Part shown: piece after piece, positions 50,051-62,215 of the stretch | Layout: every line of letters begins with the position of its first letter | Position numbering within the stretch: the stretch's first letter is position 1 | From: Camelus dromedarius | Lineage: Eukaryota | NCBI RefSeq assembly: GCF_036321535.1 | Contig: NC_087437.1 | Span: 55,554,001-55,618,000, forward strand | DNA length: 64,000 nt | Reading direction: 5' to 3' | The notes under the pieces: generated by a model | What the model saw: only the letters and a program-made list of their open reading frames with translations | The model's database searches: none | Told to the model about the DNA's origin: nothing | Program-made: the position numbers and the translations under genes

Positions 50051-51513
50051 TTTCCTACTGTTAATATTCTGCATTCTTTAACTTTCCTTCATTTTCTACA
50101 TGGAAAACTTGATATTTTAACATTTTGAATATCCTATGACCACATGCTGAAACTGTTTTTAAAAAGAATATAGGTGATTGCAGCTAAGGTGTGAACTGAA
50201 CTCCGATATGGATATATATCTGTGTGTATGTCTGTGTGTGTACATACATGTGTGTATGTTTGTGTATGTATATGTGTAGTGTGGTTCAAAAGTTATTTCC
50301 AGACATAAAAATATTTGTGGAGATCTTATCTGCAAATAAAGCAAGGAAAGAATGGCCTGCTTGGGGGTGGAATAGACCTGGTGGATACATCCAGAGAGAG
50401 GTTGCCTCTCCTTATAACACAAATTCAGACCCTTTGTCCATTTTCTACAAATTCAGGATTACAAGTGTAAAGGTTAACATGTTAAGTGATGGGGCATCTT
50501 CTGTGGAGGGTCTAAGAATGTGTGTTATTGATTCCCATTAACAAGCATGGGTTTCTAACTCATGACTCAAGGCAGCCTCAGTCGCAGGTACAACCCAGTT
50601 CTGACTGTGGCTTTGCTTGCCCTTGAGTTACATATAGTTTATGCGAGGAATTTCACTGTCATCCAGAAACATACACACACAGAAACGTTCATCTCTATTT
50701 GAGAGCTGAATCACATTAAAATAAAAATGATCTGGCAATAGTGCTCTCTGCAGTGGAGAAATTGCTGGTGATCTTGTATGCATTTATATTTACTTACAAC
50801 TGATTGTAATCCCTCACATCAAATTTTAGGAAACGGCAGATAAAGACCTGAAGAAATGCAACAGTCTTGCGGAGAACAGAGCTCCCTTGGTCTGACAAGT
50901 TCTCTTAGACTCAGTCCTCATTTACAATCTGGGGTTCATAATGCCCATCTCAAGTGTTATCAAGAGAGTTAAATGATCGAAATGTACATAAGACACCTGG
51001 CAAAAAAATACAGGCTCAAGGATGTCATTTCTTCTCTCTTTGATAAGTTTGATCAGAAGCATTCCATTTACAACTGGGAGATTCTTCCTGCTCAGAATGG
51101 TAAGACATAGTGGAGATTAGATGGAAAACAAATAATTCATCACATGTGAGTGGATTGAAGTGGCCTAGGTGGTGAAAATAAAGCTGCAGGAAAAGAGAGA
51201 CTTTGTTTTCCACTAAAAGGATAATAGTGATGTCTTTTTTTTTTCTTTTTGTTTTTCTTCCCAGCAAGATCTGGGTGAAAATAAAGGAAAGCACAGGTTT
51301 TTAACAATGACTGTAATATTCAAAACTATAAAAATTTTCATTTTGGAGTTTGAAACTTTTCTGTGGAAAGTCAGACATTAGTGTAAGAATCTCCAGACAT
51401 ATTGACTGAACAATAATGAACAATAAACAAATACAGTAAGTGATTTTTCTTTATTCAGTATTCTAATCTTCTATAGTTAATAAATAACTATATCTCACAT
51501 GGACTTAAAAATT

Positions 51514-51548
51514 TATATATATATATATATATAAATATATATATGTAT

Positions 51549-51584
<36 letters not shown>
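51514..51584. repeat. (TA)n(CA)n compound microsatellite at the 5' edge of an L1
   Basis: Directly visible. Confidence 0.95.
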
Positions 51585-51586
<2 letters not shown>

Positions 51587-52050
51587 GGAATACTACTCAG
51601 CCATAAAAAAGAATAAAATAATGCCATTTGCAGCAACATGGATGGACCTAGAGATTGTCATACAAAGTGAAGTAAGTCAGAAAGAGAAAGAAAAATACTA
51701 CATGATATCACTTACATATGGAATCTAAAAAAAAGACACAAATGAACTTACTTATGAAAAAGAAACAGACTTGCAGACAGAAAACAAACTATGGTTACCG
51801 GGGGGAAAGGGGAGGGTGGAGGGATAAACTGAGTGTTTGGAATTTGCAGATACTAACTACATATAAAAAATAAACAACAAGTTTCTTCTGTATAGCACAG
51901 GGAACTGTATTCAATATCTGGTACTAAGTTTATAATGAAAAAATAATGTGAAAACAAATATACGTATGTTCATGTATGACTGAAACATAATGCTATACAC
52001 CAGAAATTGACACAACATTGGAAACTGACTATACTTCAATAAAAAGAAAA
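51580..52050 (+). mobile_element. L1 3' end: ORF2 C-terminus (stop 51726-51728), 3'UTR, AATAAA at 52038-52043
   Basis: Translation MEYYSAIKKNKIMPFAATWMDLEIVIQSEVSQKEKEKYYMISLTYGI* is the typical L1 ORF2 C-terminus; the 3'UTR is related to the 12529-12743 copy. Confidence 0.96.
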
Positions 52051-53884
52051 GAGAATTCAGTAACACATTATTAAAATCAAATGTTTTACATAGACAAGAA
52101 CCCATACAATTATTTGACTAAGGCCTTGCATATCCAAGGGATGTCTCTGGTCATAATTGTTCCCCCAAAGTGACAAATGTGTGCCAAGACTGTGACTTAG
52201 TCTTAGCAGGAGGAGGCTAAGGAGGAGGAGAGGGAGGAGCATTATTTGTTATGGTTCAAAAAAATCACAGTCTTAGAACCACTGCATCCGAACAGAAAGT
52301 CACTGGGTCCATTCAGATGCCTAGAGTCCCACTTTAACACTATCATTTGTCTCTAAAGGCCTATACTTGAAACTCAGCCTAACGTACAAGAAGAAAGTAG
52401 AAACAGCTCCCTGGTCTACACTTACTATATGTCTTCCTTATGATTCTTCTGAGTCAAGAAATTGATTTGCCTTAAGGAACATTTTGGAACAGCAGTACCA
52501 ATATATTTCAAGGTGCAAAATCCTTTTTTGCAAAATACACCTTCAGAGAAATCCCAGAATATCAAAAGGTTAAAATGGGGGTGAAGAGTTTTAGAGGGGG
52601 ACCAGGTTCATCAGAGCAGTACTACACCAGCCTTTGGGGCTTCTCTAGGGAGACATACATATGAAGATGCTGGTTTATGGGTGTAGCTGAAAGGACTGTA
52701 AGCAAATAAAGGGACTCTGGGAACTTCTGAAGACATTCCACCTCTATCTCTTCTTAAATTGTTTGCATCCAGGGACGGTGTAAAGGATAATTTTGTTTGT
52801 AGGGATTTTGAGAAGTTGTCAAGAATCTTTAGATGGCAGCTTGATCTGAGGACCTTTTATGAACTTAATAAATCAATATGATACAAAGCATTTTGATCAC
52901 CAGGATGATATTTCTCCACTTACCCCCATTAAATGACTTTCTGGTTCTGTTTTGCTCCCTTAAGGATCTGTCTGTTTCCCCGATTCTGCATGGTAAAAAT
53001 TCTCCTCTGTTGCAAGAGTTGTCTGGTGTGTTCTAGTAACCGGAGATGAGATGCCTTAAGTCCCGAGCCAGTTGCCTTTACCAGCCCGGTGCCTTGCTCC
53101 TAGCTCTGCCCTTTTCTCCTTTCTCCTCTTTATCCATCCTCCAATTTTGTTCCCCATCACTGGATGCAGAAATGCATGCTTTTCTGTGTATATTTTTCTT
53201 TGGGATAAATCTATAAACCAGCAAAATCTAAGAAATCTCTCAATTCTTGTGGGTACTTGTTTGAGAGGAGTTCAACAATTTACCTTTGAGGTCAATAGCA
53301 AAATGATATCTTTTATCACAGGCATTTCTTTTGACAGACCTCTTGTCTTTGACAAAGATTAAATCATCCAGCCTTATAAGAACACCACTGACAATCTTTA
53401 CCACCATTGTTTGCCTTTTCTGGAGGCCTATGCTATCAAAAGAAAGCACAAAAAATAATGCTTATTAAATAATGTTTGATTAATTAATTATGAAATACTC
53501 TGCTTTCTTATGATTTTGTGTGTTTTTACTCCCTAAGAACAGCAATATATTTCTCTACTTCTAATGGTGATATACTGTCTTACATACACAGTAAGTTTAA
53601 TGGATTCCTAGATCCACTTTATTGAAAAAAATTACATTTCTAGCTAGCTAGCCAGCTATTTGTTTATTTATCTATAATACAAAAACAGAGTGGTTAAGAT
53701 GAGATCCCATGATTTCTGTGCTAGGGGTCCAGGCAAATTATTTTAGAGTTTGTTCTTGGTAGAAGCTGCTGTCTTTCCATATCTATTAAATGAGAAGCTC
53801 AGACTTGGAGACTGAAAGTAAATTCCTTGTGGTCTTTTTATTAACCACTAGAGTTGTTCACTGAATAGTCTAGGCACATAGTAT

Positions 53885-54221
53885 AATTGCATGTCCTTAT
53901 CCTCTTCAAATAAGACATGGCTTTTTAACTAGCTTTGGCCAGTGGAGTATGATCCTATGATATATGTCACTTCCAGGCAACAGCCTTTACAAATTGTCAC
54001 CTGACTCATCATGTTTCTTTCTGCTTGTCGTGGTAACTGCTGATGTCCAGGCAACATAGGCTCTCTCAGCTTGCATGTCTGAGTCAGAATGATGTGGAGA
54101 AGAACCTCCAATAAATCCACAATGGATTTGTGTTATGAATGAGAAATAACCTTTTACTGTTTAAGTCACCGGAATTTGAAAGTATTTATAAAGCAGAACA
54201 ACGTACATTATCCCACTTATA
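53885..54221 (+). mobile_element. MaLR LTR (MLT1H/I/J-like)
   Basis: 'ctttggccagtgg...tgtcacttccaggc...atgagaaataaccttttactgtttaagtcac...taca'. Confidence 0.75.
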
Positions 54222-54334
54222 CAATCATCAAAATTATTCACTCTATGACATCAGCACAGTTACGGTAACATAACATAGTTTGGTAACACCACAAGTGTGT
54301 TACCAAGTTGGTTGAACTTCCATGGAGTCCTCTT

Positions 54335-54650
54335 TAACCATGACTTGGCATTGGGTTGATAAGAATGAATGACAGATCCTCTACCCTCCAGGCCGTATAG
54401 AGAAGGCAGAAACTATCCCTTATAGAGAAGGTACCAAAAGCTACAAAGAAAAGCAATATGTATTCAGGACCCTAAGGCAGAAAGAGGGTGATAGGAAATT
54501 TTGGATAGGTAACAATTTTTTCCTCTCACAATGTCATGGAAGCTTCCAAGAGGATGTGACCATGGAGGAAGGCTTAAAGGATGGGTAGGATTTGGATGTA
54601 CAAAGCTGGTAGAGATGGAGTCCTCAAGTATGATGTAGGGTGAACGGTCT
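54335..54650 (-). mobile_element. L2 fragment
   Basis: 'gtcatggaagcttccaagaggatgtgac...cttaaaggatgggtaggatttgg'. Confidence 0.6.
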
Positions 54651-56539
54651 CAAAGCAAACAAATGTACAGCATACTCCAGAAAGGTGGATATGATTGCCT
54701 CCCTGATGAAGTAAGGTATCCACTGATACCTTGGGGCTGGATTCTCAGGAGGTTAGGAGCCAACCTCTCCTTTGGGATTAGTAGCTCTGCTCCTCCAGAC
54801 AAATCAAGTTCTGCTGGTTTCCGACACAGAGGCACCATCTATGTGACTCTGTCTTCCTCTTGCAGCAGAATGAGACATTTTACCCAATGTGACACAGAGC
54901 TGAGACAACTTATTTCAAACAAGTGGCTCTCTACACGTTTTTTTTTATAAAACTACATCCAAGCTCATTTAGTTTCCTTTTCATCAGTTTGCAGTGTCTA
55001 ATATAGTATTCTTTTTATCTCTCAATACAAATTCCCTGAACTATTGTCTTCCAAAGCCAGAACTAAGCATGAGTATTTGCCCTCCTTTCTTTCCACCCTT
55101 CCTTCTGTCACACATTTACCGATAGTCTACTAACGCCAAGGATCATGCTTTTCCTGCAGGACTTTCTCTAGTTCTCGTTACACTTAGCAGTTTCTACTTT
55201 GTGCCATGCTTAGCCTAAAGGATAATTTTCATGTTTTATTCATCTTTGTCTTTTCTTTCCATTTACTACCCCCACCCAACACAGAAATTTCTGGTATGTA
55301 CTAGATATTTGCTGAATGAATGGTTTTTCCTCTTGTTTTCTTTGGCTATTCTTTTTTGCTCAAGAGTGGATACCTCCCCATTGTATCTACCCAAAGGCAG
55401 ATTTGACCAGTTTTGACCACAGTGGGCACCCGGTCATCAAAGATCTTTCCTTCCCTGTGCTAACCAGGGGCCCTAGCCATCCTATTTCAGCTGTGTAAAC
55501 GAAGAGTCAGACCACAAGGCTGCCAGGATATTTGTGGTTAAACCACTCGACCACCTTGGGATTGTGTTAACTCTGTGTTATGGTTTGAGGGACTGTGTGT
55601 GGGTTGGGACTGAATGAACTTAGCCTGATTATTATTATTTTTTTTTTTTTTTTGAGAGCTGTAACTGGATAGCATGCTTTAGGTTCACTTTGTGAAAATA
55701 AAGCTCATGGCTCTGAGAAATGGTTTTGTTTGCTTTCCACCAGTTTGATATAAAACTGGTGCCCATGCAAGGTGAGGGGCCATGAAGGCATTCTACTTGA
55801 AGAGGCGGCAACTTCCTTTCTGGCATCCATCTCTTTGAATGTAATCTGAAGAGTCCTTGAACTGATCAATGGTGAGAAAAGAGGAGGGAACTGACTTCTT
55901 TTAGATTGTATGTTTGCCCCAGGATATGAAGATTTCCTGTTAAAAGCAATTCTGGCGGAAAGAGTAGAGCAGGCACGTAAAAGGTTTATCTGGAATCCAG
56001 TAGTTAATAGGTTCCGATTTCTCAATAATGCTTTTAGTCTCTTGGGCTCAAATTTATTGACTCAGTCTTGTTATGAAACTGGACTCTCTCTCTCCCTCTT
56101 CCTTTGACACTGTTTTCTTTTAATTGAGAAATGGTCAAAGCTACGTGTATACTATCCTTCCTATAGGAAGTGGCCAATCTGTCATTGATGGTACCTTCTG
56201 GCAGTGTGAACAGATGCACATTTAATCATCTCTCAGTTCTTCCTATAAGATGAATAACTTGATTTAGGTATCAAATTAGCCTAGTGGGACAGAGTAAGCT
56301 TATGACAAATCCTAGAAATTTTAAGCCTGGAAAAAAGATGATATCCAACCTCTTGTAAATGAAGAAAATGACATTTCAGATGGAGAAATTACCTTTCCAA
56401 GACAACATAGCTATTCAATGGCAAACCCAAGAGACATAGATTGAAAATATCCTGTATTTTCAAATGTGTCAAGGTTAGGATGGCCAAAGAAAGACTGAGT
56501 AACTGTTCTAGAGTAAAAGAAACTAAAGAAAAATGATGA

Positions 56540-56860
56540 CTAAAGGGAACATATAATCCTCGATTAGATCTTTTTTGCAATAAAAGAAATTGTTTTATCG
56601 CAATTGGGTGGAAGGTGAATGGGGTCTGAGGATTAGATGGTCCTAGTGAATCAATGTTCATTTCTTGATTTTAATGACAGTATTATGGCTACATAGAAGA
56701 ACGTCTTTGTCAGAATTACATTCTAAAATACTCCAGGGTGGTGTGGCCTCATGTAAGCAACATCCTTTCTAATGATTCTAATGAGCAGCATCTTTTCTAA
56801 TGGGGAAAACTCTGTACCATTCTTGCAACATATTTAAAATTTGACATTATATTTTAAAGA
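56540..56860 (+). mobile_element. Old L1M 3'UTR fragment
   Basis: 'atcaatgttcatttcttgattttaatgacagtatt...ctgtaccattcttgcaac...aaatttga'. Confidence 0.7.
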
Positions 56861-57599
56861 TAACAAAAAGAAAAAGAAAGAATAAATACTTTTTAAAAAT
56901 GAATTCTTGTCTCTATGAACAACAGAGAAAGACGTGTCAAAAGACCCTTTAGGGTTACCCACCATATATGGTGGCCCTTCAAGTTCCCCTGCTTGCAACT
57001 TTTTATCAATAGCAGCTAGAGAATCAGTGTTTTTCCTCAAGATAATAATCGTGGACTTGGCCCTTTCCCCTTTTCTTCTCTTTGACATCTCTCATTCACA
57101 ATGGAATAACAAGTCATTAATATATACCTTTACACAGTACTTTGAGGTAAAAAGCTATCTTATTACATTATGCCAAGACTCTTAGGTCTCTTTCCATTTA
57201 GTGCAGCCCCTCCTCACTCAGTTCTCCAGCAGAATGCTCCTCGTTCTGAATCTGATTGTCTGGGTCTAGGTGGTATCACTCAACATCTTCCTCTACCTGC
57301 TCTGTTGCCAGTGAGGGCATGAGTGATAGGACACCCATCTGTTATGTACAAAGTGGATTCAGTGGCTCCTTCTTGGTTTAGTAATCCAGTGACCAGGTAT
57401 TTTCAAGTCCTACCCTGGTTCTAGCTCGGGACAGCTGCCTACTACAATATAATTTGAAGGAAGAGAAAGGAATATCTCTTCAGAATTCTTCAAATCCCTT
57501 AAAACCACTGAAGATTGATGCCTCAGTGGGAAGATAGTGATGATGATGTAGTTTTTCAATCTTTTCACTCCTCTACATAAAAACAGAGCAACAAAAGAG

Positions 57600-59020
57600 C
57601 AAAAGCAAAACAAACAGTTAAAAGCAAAACCCCACAAACAACATATATAATTAAACTGGGTGACAAAGGTATTCTACAAATGCCAAGATACACCAATGAC
57701 CAGCCAACATATCAACCATTGAGTGGGTAAAAACGGATAGAAGCTACCTGTAAAAAGAGATGTAAAAAGAGGAAAGTCCCAAAATAGACCCTGGATATTT
57801 GCTGTAAATCACAGCAGCCCAATTTGAGAACTGCCCTGAGACTGGGAGGGGTTTATCTACTCCAATCTCAGGTGGGAGCAAGGAGCCTGCGGGAAGGCCA
57901 GGGAAGGCTGGACAGTCTAGACCCTGTTAAATCATGAACCAGCCAGGATTCCTTTCCAGAACAGAGCCTCACACAGAGGAGAAATGACAGTCAAAATCAA
58001 GCAAGGTGTTGCAGGAGAGACGGATGAATGAGAAGAGACAGATACATGTGGGAAGAGAATCAGAACCAGGAAGTCTTAGAAAGAAATCCAGTGACATTTT
58101 TTGAACACTACAAGAAAACAGCAGAGAATCTGACCAATAACCAAACATTTTGACAGCAATGCTTTCTGCCAAAAGAAAATAGGGGGAGGGAATATTTATG
58201 ACACTCAAGGAAATGTAAGCCAAAGGTTTTATATCTAGCACCATTGACTTTCAAGTGGAAAAGGCAAATGTTATCAATATTTAAGAACTCAAGGAATATT
58301 TTCCCCATAAGCCCATTCTGAGAAATTGCTACAAGAATAAACTTTAGAAAGTCCAGATGAATAAAGAGACATCATCATAAGGTCCGGGGGGTTGAGTATT
58401 AAAGAACTAGTTCCTAGGAGAACAGCAGATGAGGCCTGAAGGGGAGCACATCCAGTAAGTCACAGTCACATATTCAGACAGAGTAGACAGGGCACCGCCA
58501 TGAGACATGGGAAGAGAAGCGGGAAAAAACGGGCAAAATCTGCTGACTTGTCCTCAATAATTACATTGATGATGATGACATTAGTGTTGTTCTGAGACTG
58601 TTACATGCGTAATGAGTGAGAAGGAGATAACTAATTGTGCGATATGCCATTTCTATCAGCTCCTATGCCATTGAGAACTAAGATTCTCTTTCTGGAAGAA
58701 AAGAGGGAACACACATCAATACAGAAGAGGATAAGGAAAAACTCCGTAATTCTAAATTTGAATTTCAAGGGTCAGTATGATCTCATGAGGTAATTTATTT
58801 TAAATAAATGTGTACTTCCTAGTCTCTTTCCATTAAAGAAGGCTAGAAGTAAAGTCCAATGAAGTAGCATGGAAGCGTACTAGTACCCATTTGTGATGCT
58901 GAAATGCCATTTCCCACTAAGAGAAACTAGGGATTTTTGGAGAAACGAGTAATTCCAGGTCTGGGGCAAGAAATGTAGAAGATATGCTTGGAGTATTTTG
59001 TCATAACAAAGAAGCTATGC
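57600..59020 (+). mobile_element. Fragmented old L1M (5' region to L1MC/MD-like 3'UTR)
   Basis: 'ttttatatctagc...ttgactttcaagt', 'aagaactcaaggaatat', and 3'UTR 'ccatttcccactaagagaaactaggg...ttccaggtctggggcaagaaatgta'. Confidence 0.65.
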
Positions 59021-59469
59021 CATGTCAAAATTGGGGATCAAATAACTTCAGTTCTCTAAGCATCTTCCATGGACCATATTCGGCCACTATAGGGTGACAA
59101 TAAACTTCCTCCACAGGACTTGCTTAGATTACACGCAAATCTTTGTTTAGAGGCTCTTTCAGTCTCTAACCTCTCTGGTTCATAGTGATGGCTAATTTTA
59201 TGGCAAGGACACCTGTTCCTTGGGATCTAAATTCTAATCCACTGCAAGCTCCCTGCATACTGGCAGCAGTGATGTCCAGCTCCTATCTACTTGGGATAGA
59301 TCCAAACAGGTGTCTTAGAGGCAAAAGTCCCCTCATCACATTACAAAATGCTTTGCCATGTGGTAATATCCATTAATGAAATCCTTCTCAAATTGGCGCA
59401 TGCTAGATGCCAAGATCTCTTTGAATAGGAGATTTGAAAAATCACTCTTGTTTCTTTTTGCTTCATGCA

Positions 59470-59620
59470 TTAATAAATCAGTTAATTCATTTGATAAACT
59501 TGATTTAACACCTACCATGAGCCAGGTGCTGTGCCAGGCTTAAGAGAGAGAGAGCAAAAAGCAATACACATTTGAGTCCTAGTCTGAGACTCTTCATCCT
59601 GACCGTCAGAGGGAAGCTCA
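59470..59620 (-). mobile_element. L2 3' end
   Basis: 'attcatttgataaac...acacctaccatgagccaggtgctgtgccagg'. Confidence 0.65.
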
Positions 59621-59802
59621 GAAGGAGAGAACTGTTTATGATGGGCAGTGCAGGGAAAGCTCTGTCATGAGTCTCATGAGAATGTAGCTTCAAAAGTGGA
59701 ACTCCAGACCAGCAATTATCTCCTTGAAAGAGGCAGGAAAATGTTTTTTTATTTCCTAAAGAATCATCACCCACCTACCTACCCCCCACCCCCCACGCAC
59801 AA

Positions 59803-59829
59803 ACACACACACACACACACACACACACA
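59803..59829. repeat. (AC)13 microsatellite
   Basis: Directly visible. Confidence 0.95.
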
Positions 59830-61479
59830 AGCACGGAGTAAACAATATGGATGGGAATTAGTTGTGCATTTTAGGCAATTTTTAAATCCTTTCACTGTAT
59901 TTGAAGATACACTAGACAAAAATCAGTATATTTAGAGCAATGTATGTGTGTCAAATTCCTGAAAATTTGCCATATTTTAATAGGCATTTGAACAACTGCC
60001 CTGCTTATTCCATATAAATGCCTTTATTCCAGCTGGATTCTCTGCTGTGTAGTCACCAGACCTTCTCCTCTGGCAATCCCAGAGCCCTCCCAGATTAAGC
60101 CCCAATAGTTTTAATCCTTCACTCAGTTCTGATGTTACATATATTTTAATTTTGACTCTTCATTTAAAGATGAGGATGTGAGGGATGTATGTGTTCCTGG
60201 AGCCAGGTAGATAATACATGACCAAAAAAAAAAATTGTTCCTTAAGTAACGCTCAATGCATTAAGGAAGATTTTTAGGAAATAATCTTACTTTGGCTTTT
60301 TCTATAAAATTAAGTCCAGATATCTCTTTTGTTAGTTAAAATTTAATTTTACGTCATGTTTGCTTAAAATGAGGAGCACCAATCCCTTCATGCAAATTGT
60401 AAGCAAAAAAATTATCCTCCAGCATATTGTCCCTCTGCATTTTGTTACATCATGTAAAAGACATCGAAGTTTCACTCACATAAAAGCCTCCTTCGTTTTG
60501 TTTTCTTTCATGATAAAGCAAGGGCCTTGTCTGTTCTCTCTCTCTCTCTCTCTTTTTTTTTTTTTTTTCGCAGATAGCAGTTTTTTTTTTTTCTTTTCAC
60601 ATTTAATCTGAGGTCTGTATCTTTCCTTATATTTATCCAGCCCTAGATCTTTTCACCAGGAAAGACTGTCTATATTCTTTAGAAATGGATGACCAAATGT
60701 CTAATTTTCTGTTATCTCAAGAGATTACTGATTATGGTAGCATTTTTTTCAACCAGTCAGACTTTATTTCAGTATCTATTCTAATACTGTGCGTCATATA
60801 ATCAAGAAGGAACTTCTTTGTGGAATAGGCGGTCCGACTGCACCAATGAGAGTTTGTAATAGTTTAAAGCGGGTAAGACAAGACCATCCTGTTCCATGCT
60901 TGTGCTGAATTTAAGATATCATGGCAGCTTGTAGAAAATAAATGAGACCGGAAATACAGCAGGTATCTAGTGTTTGACTCACACTCCTCCTGCCACCTCT
61001 GAAAGTGCTTCTGGATGGGGTTTTTGTTTTTGTTTTTTTAAGAGATACAATTATATTTCCTTTTTCCCCCTAGCGGTAAGATTAAGGCTTTGGCTTAATA
61101 GGAAATATTGTTGCAGTTTCTTCCGCTCTCTCCTTCTTCTAACTCCTCCCGCTTCCCCTCCCCACTTCTTTCCTCTTTTTTCTCTTTCTTATTTCCATTC
61201 TTCTTTTCTTTCCATCTAAAACTTAGAGATACATTTAAATTTCTCCTTCCTTTCTTCTCTTTCTCTTTCTTCCCAAAGGTAACTACTGTTTAAGTTGAGT
61301 GTGTATTATTCTTATACATATTTGTATATTATCCTACATATATCTGCCCTTAAATAATAAGAAAGTATCATTTTGGGTGTCTTTAAAGTTGACACACTTG
61401 GTGTGACATTGTGTCTGTCTGGAGCTTGCTCCTTCGCTCGCCATTATGACTGGTTGTGTTTTCACAGTGGGTGCTTCCA

Positions 61480-61900
61480 TTGTGACCCAAGTCTCTTTCT
61501 CAAGGTTTGGGAGGAACGCACCACACCCAAGCGGAAGTAATGATGGAATCCTGCCCTCAGTTGACTGGTCCAGGAGTGCAGTGACCAATTGGAATCAGGT
61601 GTTTCAATCTGAAACCAGAGAAATTGTCCCAGTGCCTCTGTGGTGGCAAGGCAGGGAGATGTGACCTGGGATTTGCCAGCAGTCATGTTCTAACCAAGTG
61701 AAAGGGTGATGTGAGCTGCCGGGACAGGGCAGCAATCAGAAAGAAGCCGAGAGGAGAGGTGGAGAGGGTACTGACGGAACTCAGATCCTTGGTTCCAAAC
61801 ATCTGTCAGGCTGTCTGCTTCTCCCAGAGTTTATGAGAGCAATACGTGCTTCTTTTTATCCTACTTGACTTGTGTTGAGTTTCTGTTACTAGCAATCAGT
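61480..61900 (+). mobile_element. MaLR LTR (MLT1J/K-like)
   Basis: 'gactggtccaggagtgcagtgaccaa...gatccttggttcc...ttgagtttctgttactagcaa'. Confidence 0.65.
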
Positions 61901-61959
61901 AATCAACTATTGACTAATAAACAATATATATTTTTTCTTTTACTAGAGGAGAGAGAGGG

Positions 61960-62215
61960 CTGCTATTTGTTGAGGACCTACTATGTGCTGGTCATTGTAT
62001 AATGAACTATATGTATTATCTCAATCAATCCTAATAGCACTGTTATGAGGTAAATATTATTATTTAAAATTAAGGAATTTATAGCTGAAAAGCTGAGATG
62101 CAGAGAACATAAATCATCTGATTAAGTGAGATAGCTAATACATGCCAGAGCCAGGATTCACATCCAGGTTCTTCTGACCTTGGAATCTGTGCTGTTTTGC
62201 TGTTCTCCATTATAC
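61960..62215 (-). mobile_element. MIR SINE, near full length
   Basis: 'tatttgttgaggacctactatgtgctgg...tatgaggtaaatattatt...cagagccaggattcacatccagg'. Confidence 0.8.

Noticed and set aside
51543..51728. 61-aa ORF as a host gene
   Set aside because: It is microsatellite plus the L1 ORF2 C-terminus of a truncated copy
59665..59679. Palindrome tcatgag-t-ctcatga
   Set aside because: 7-bp arms are at chance level
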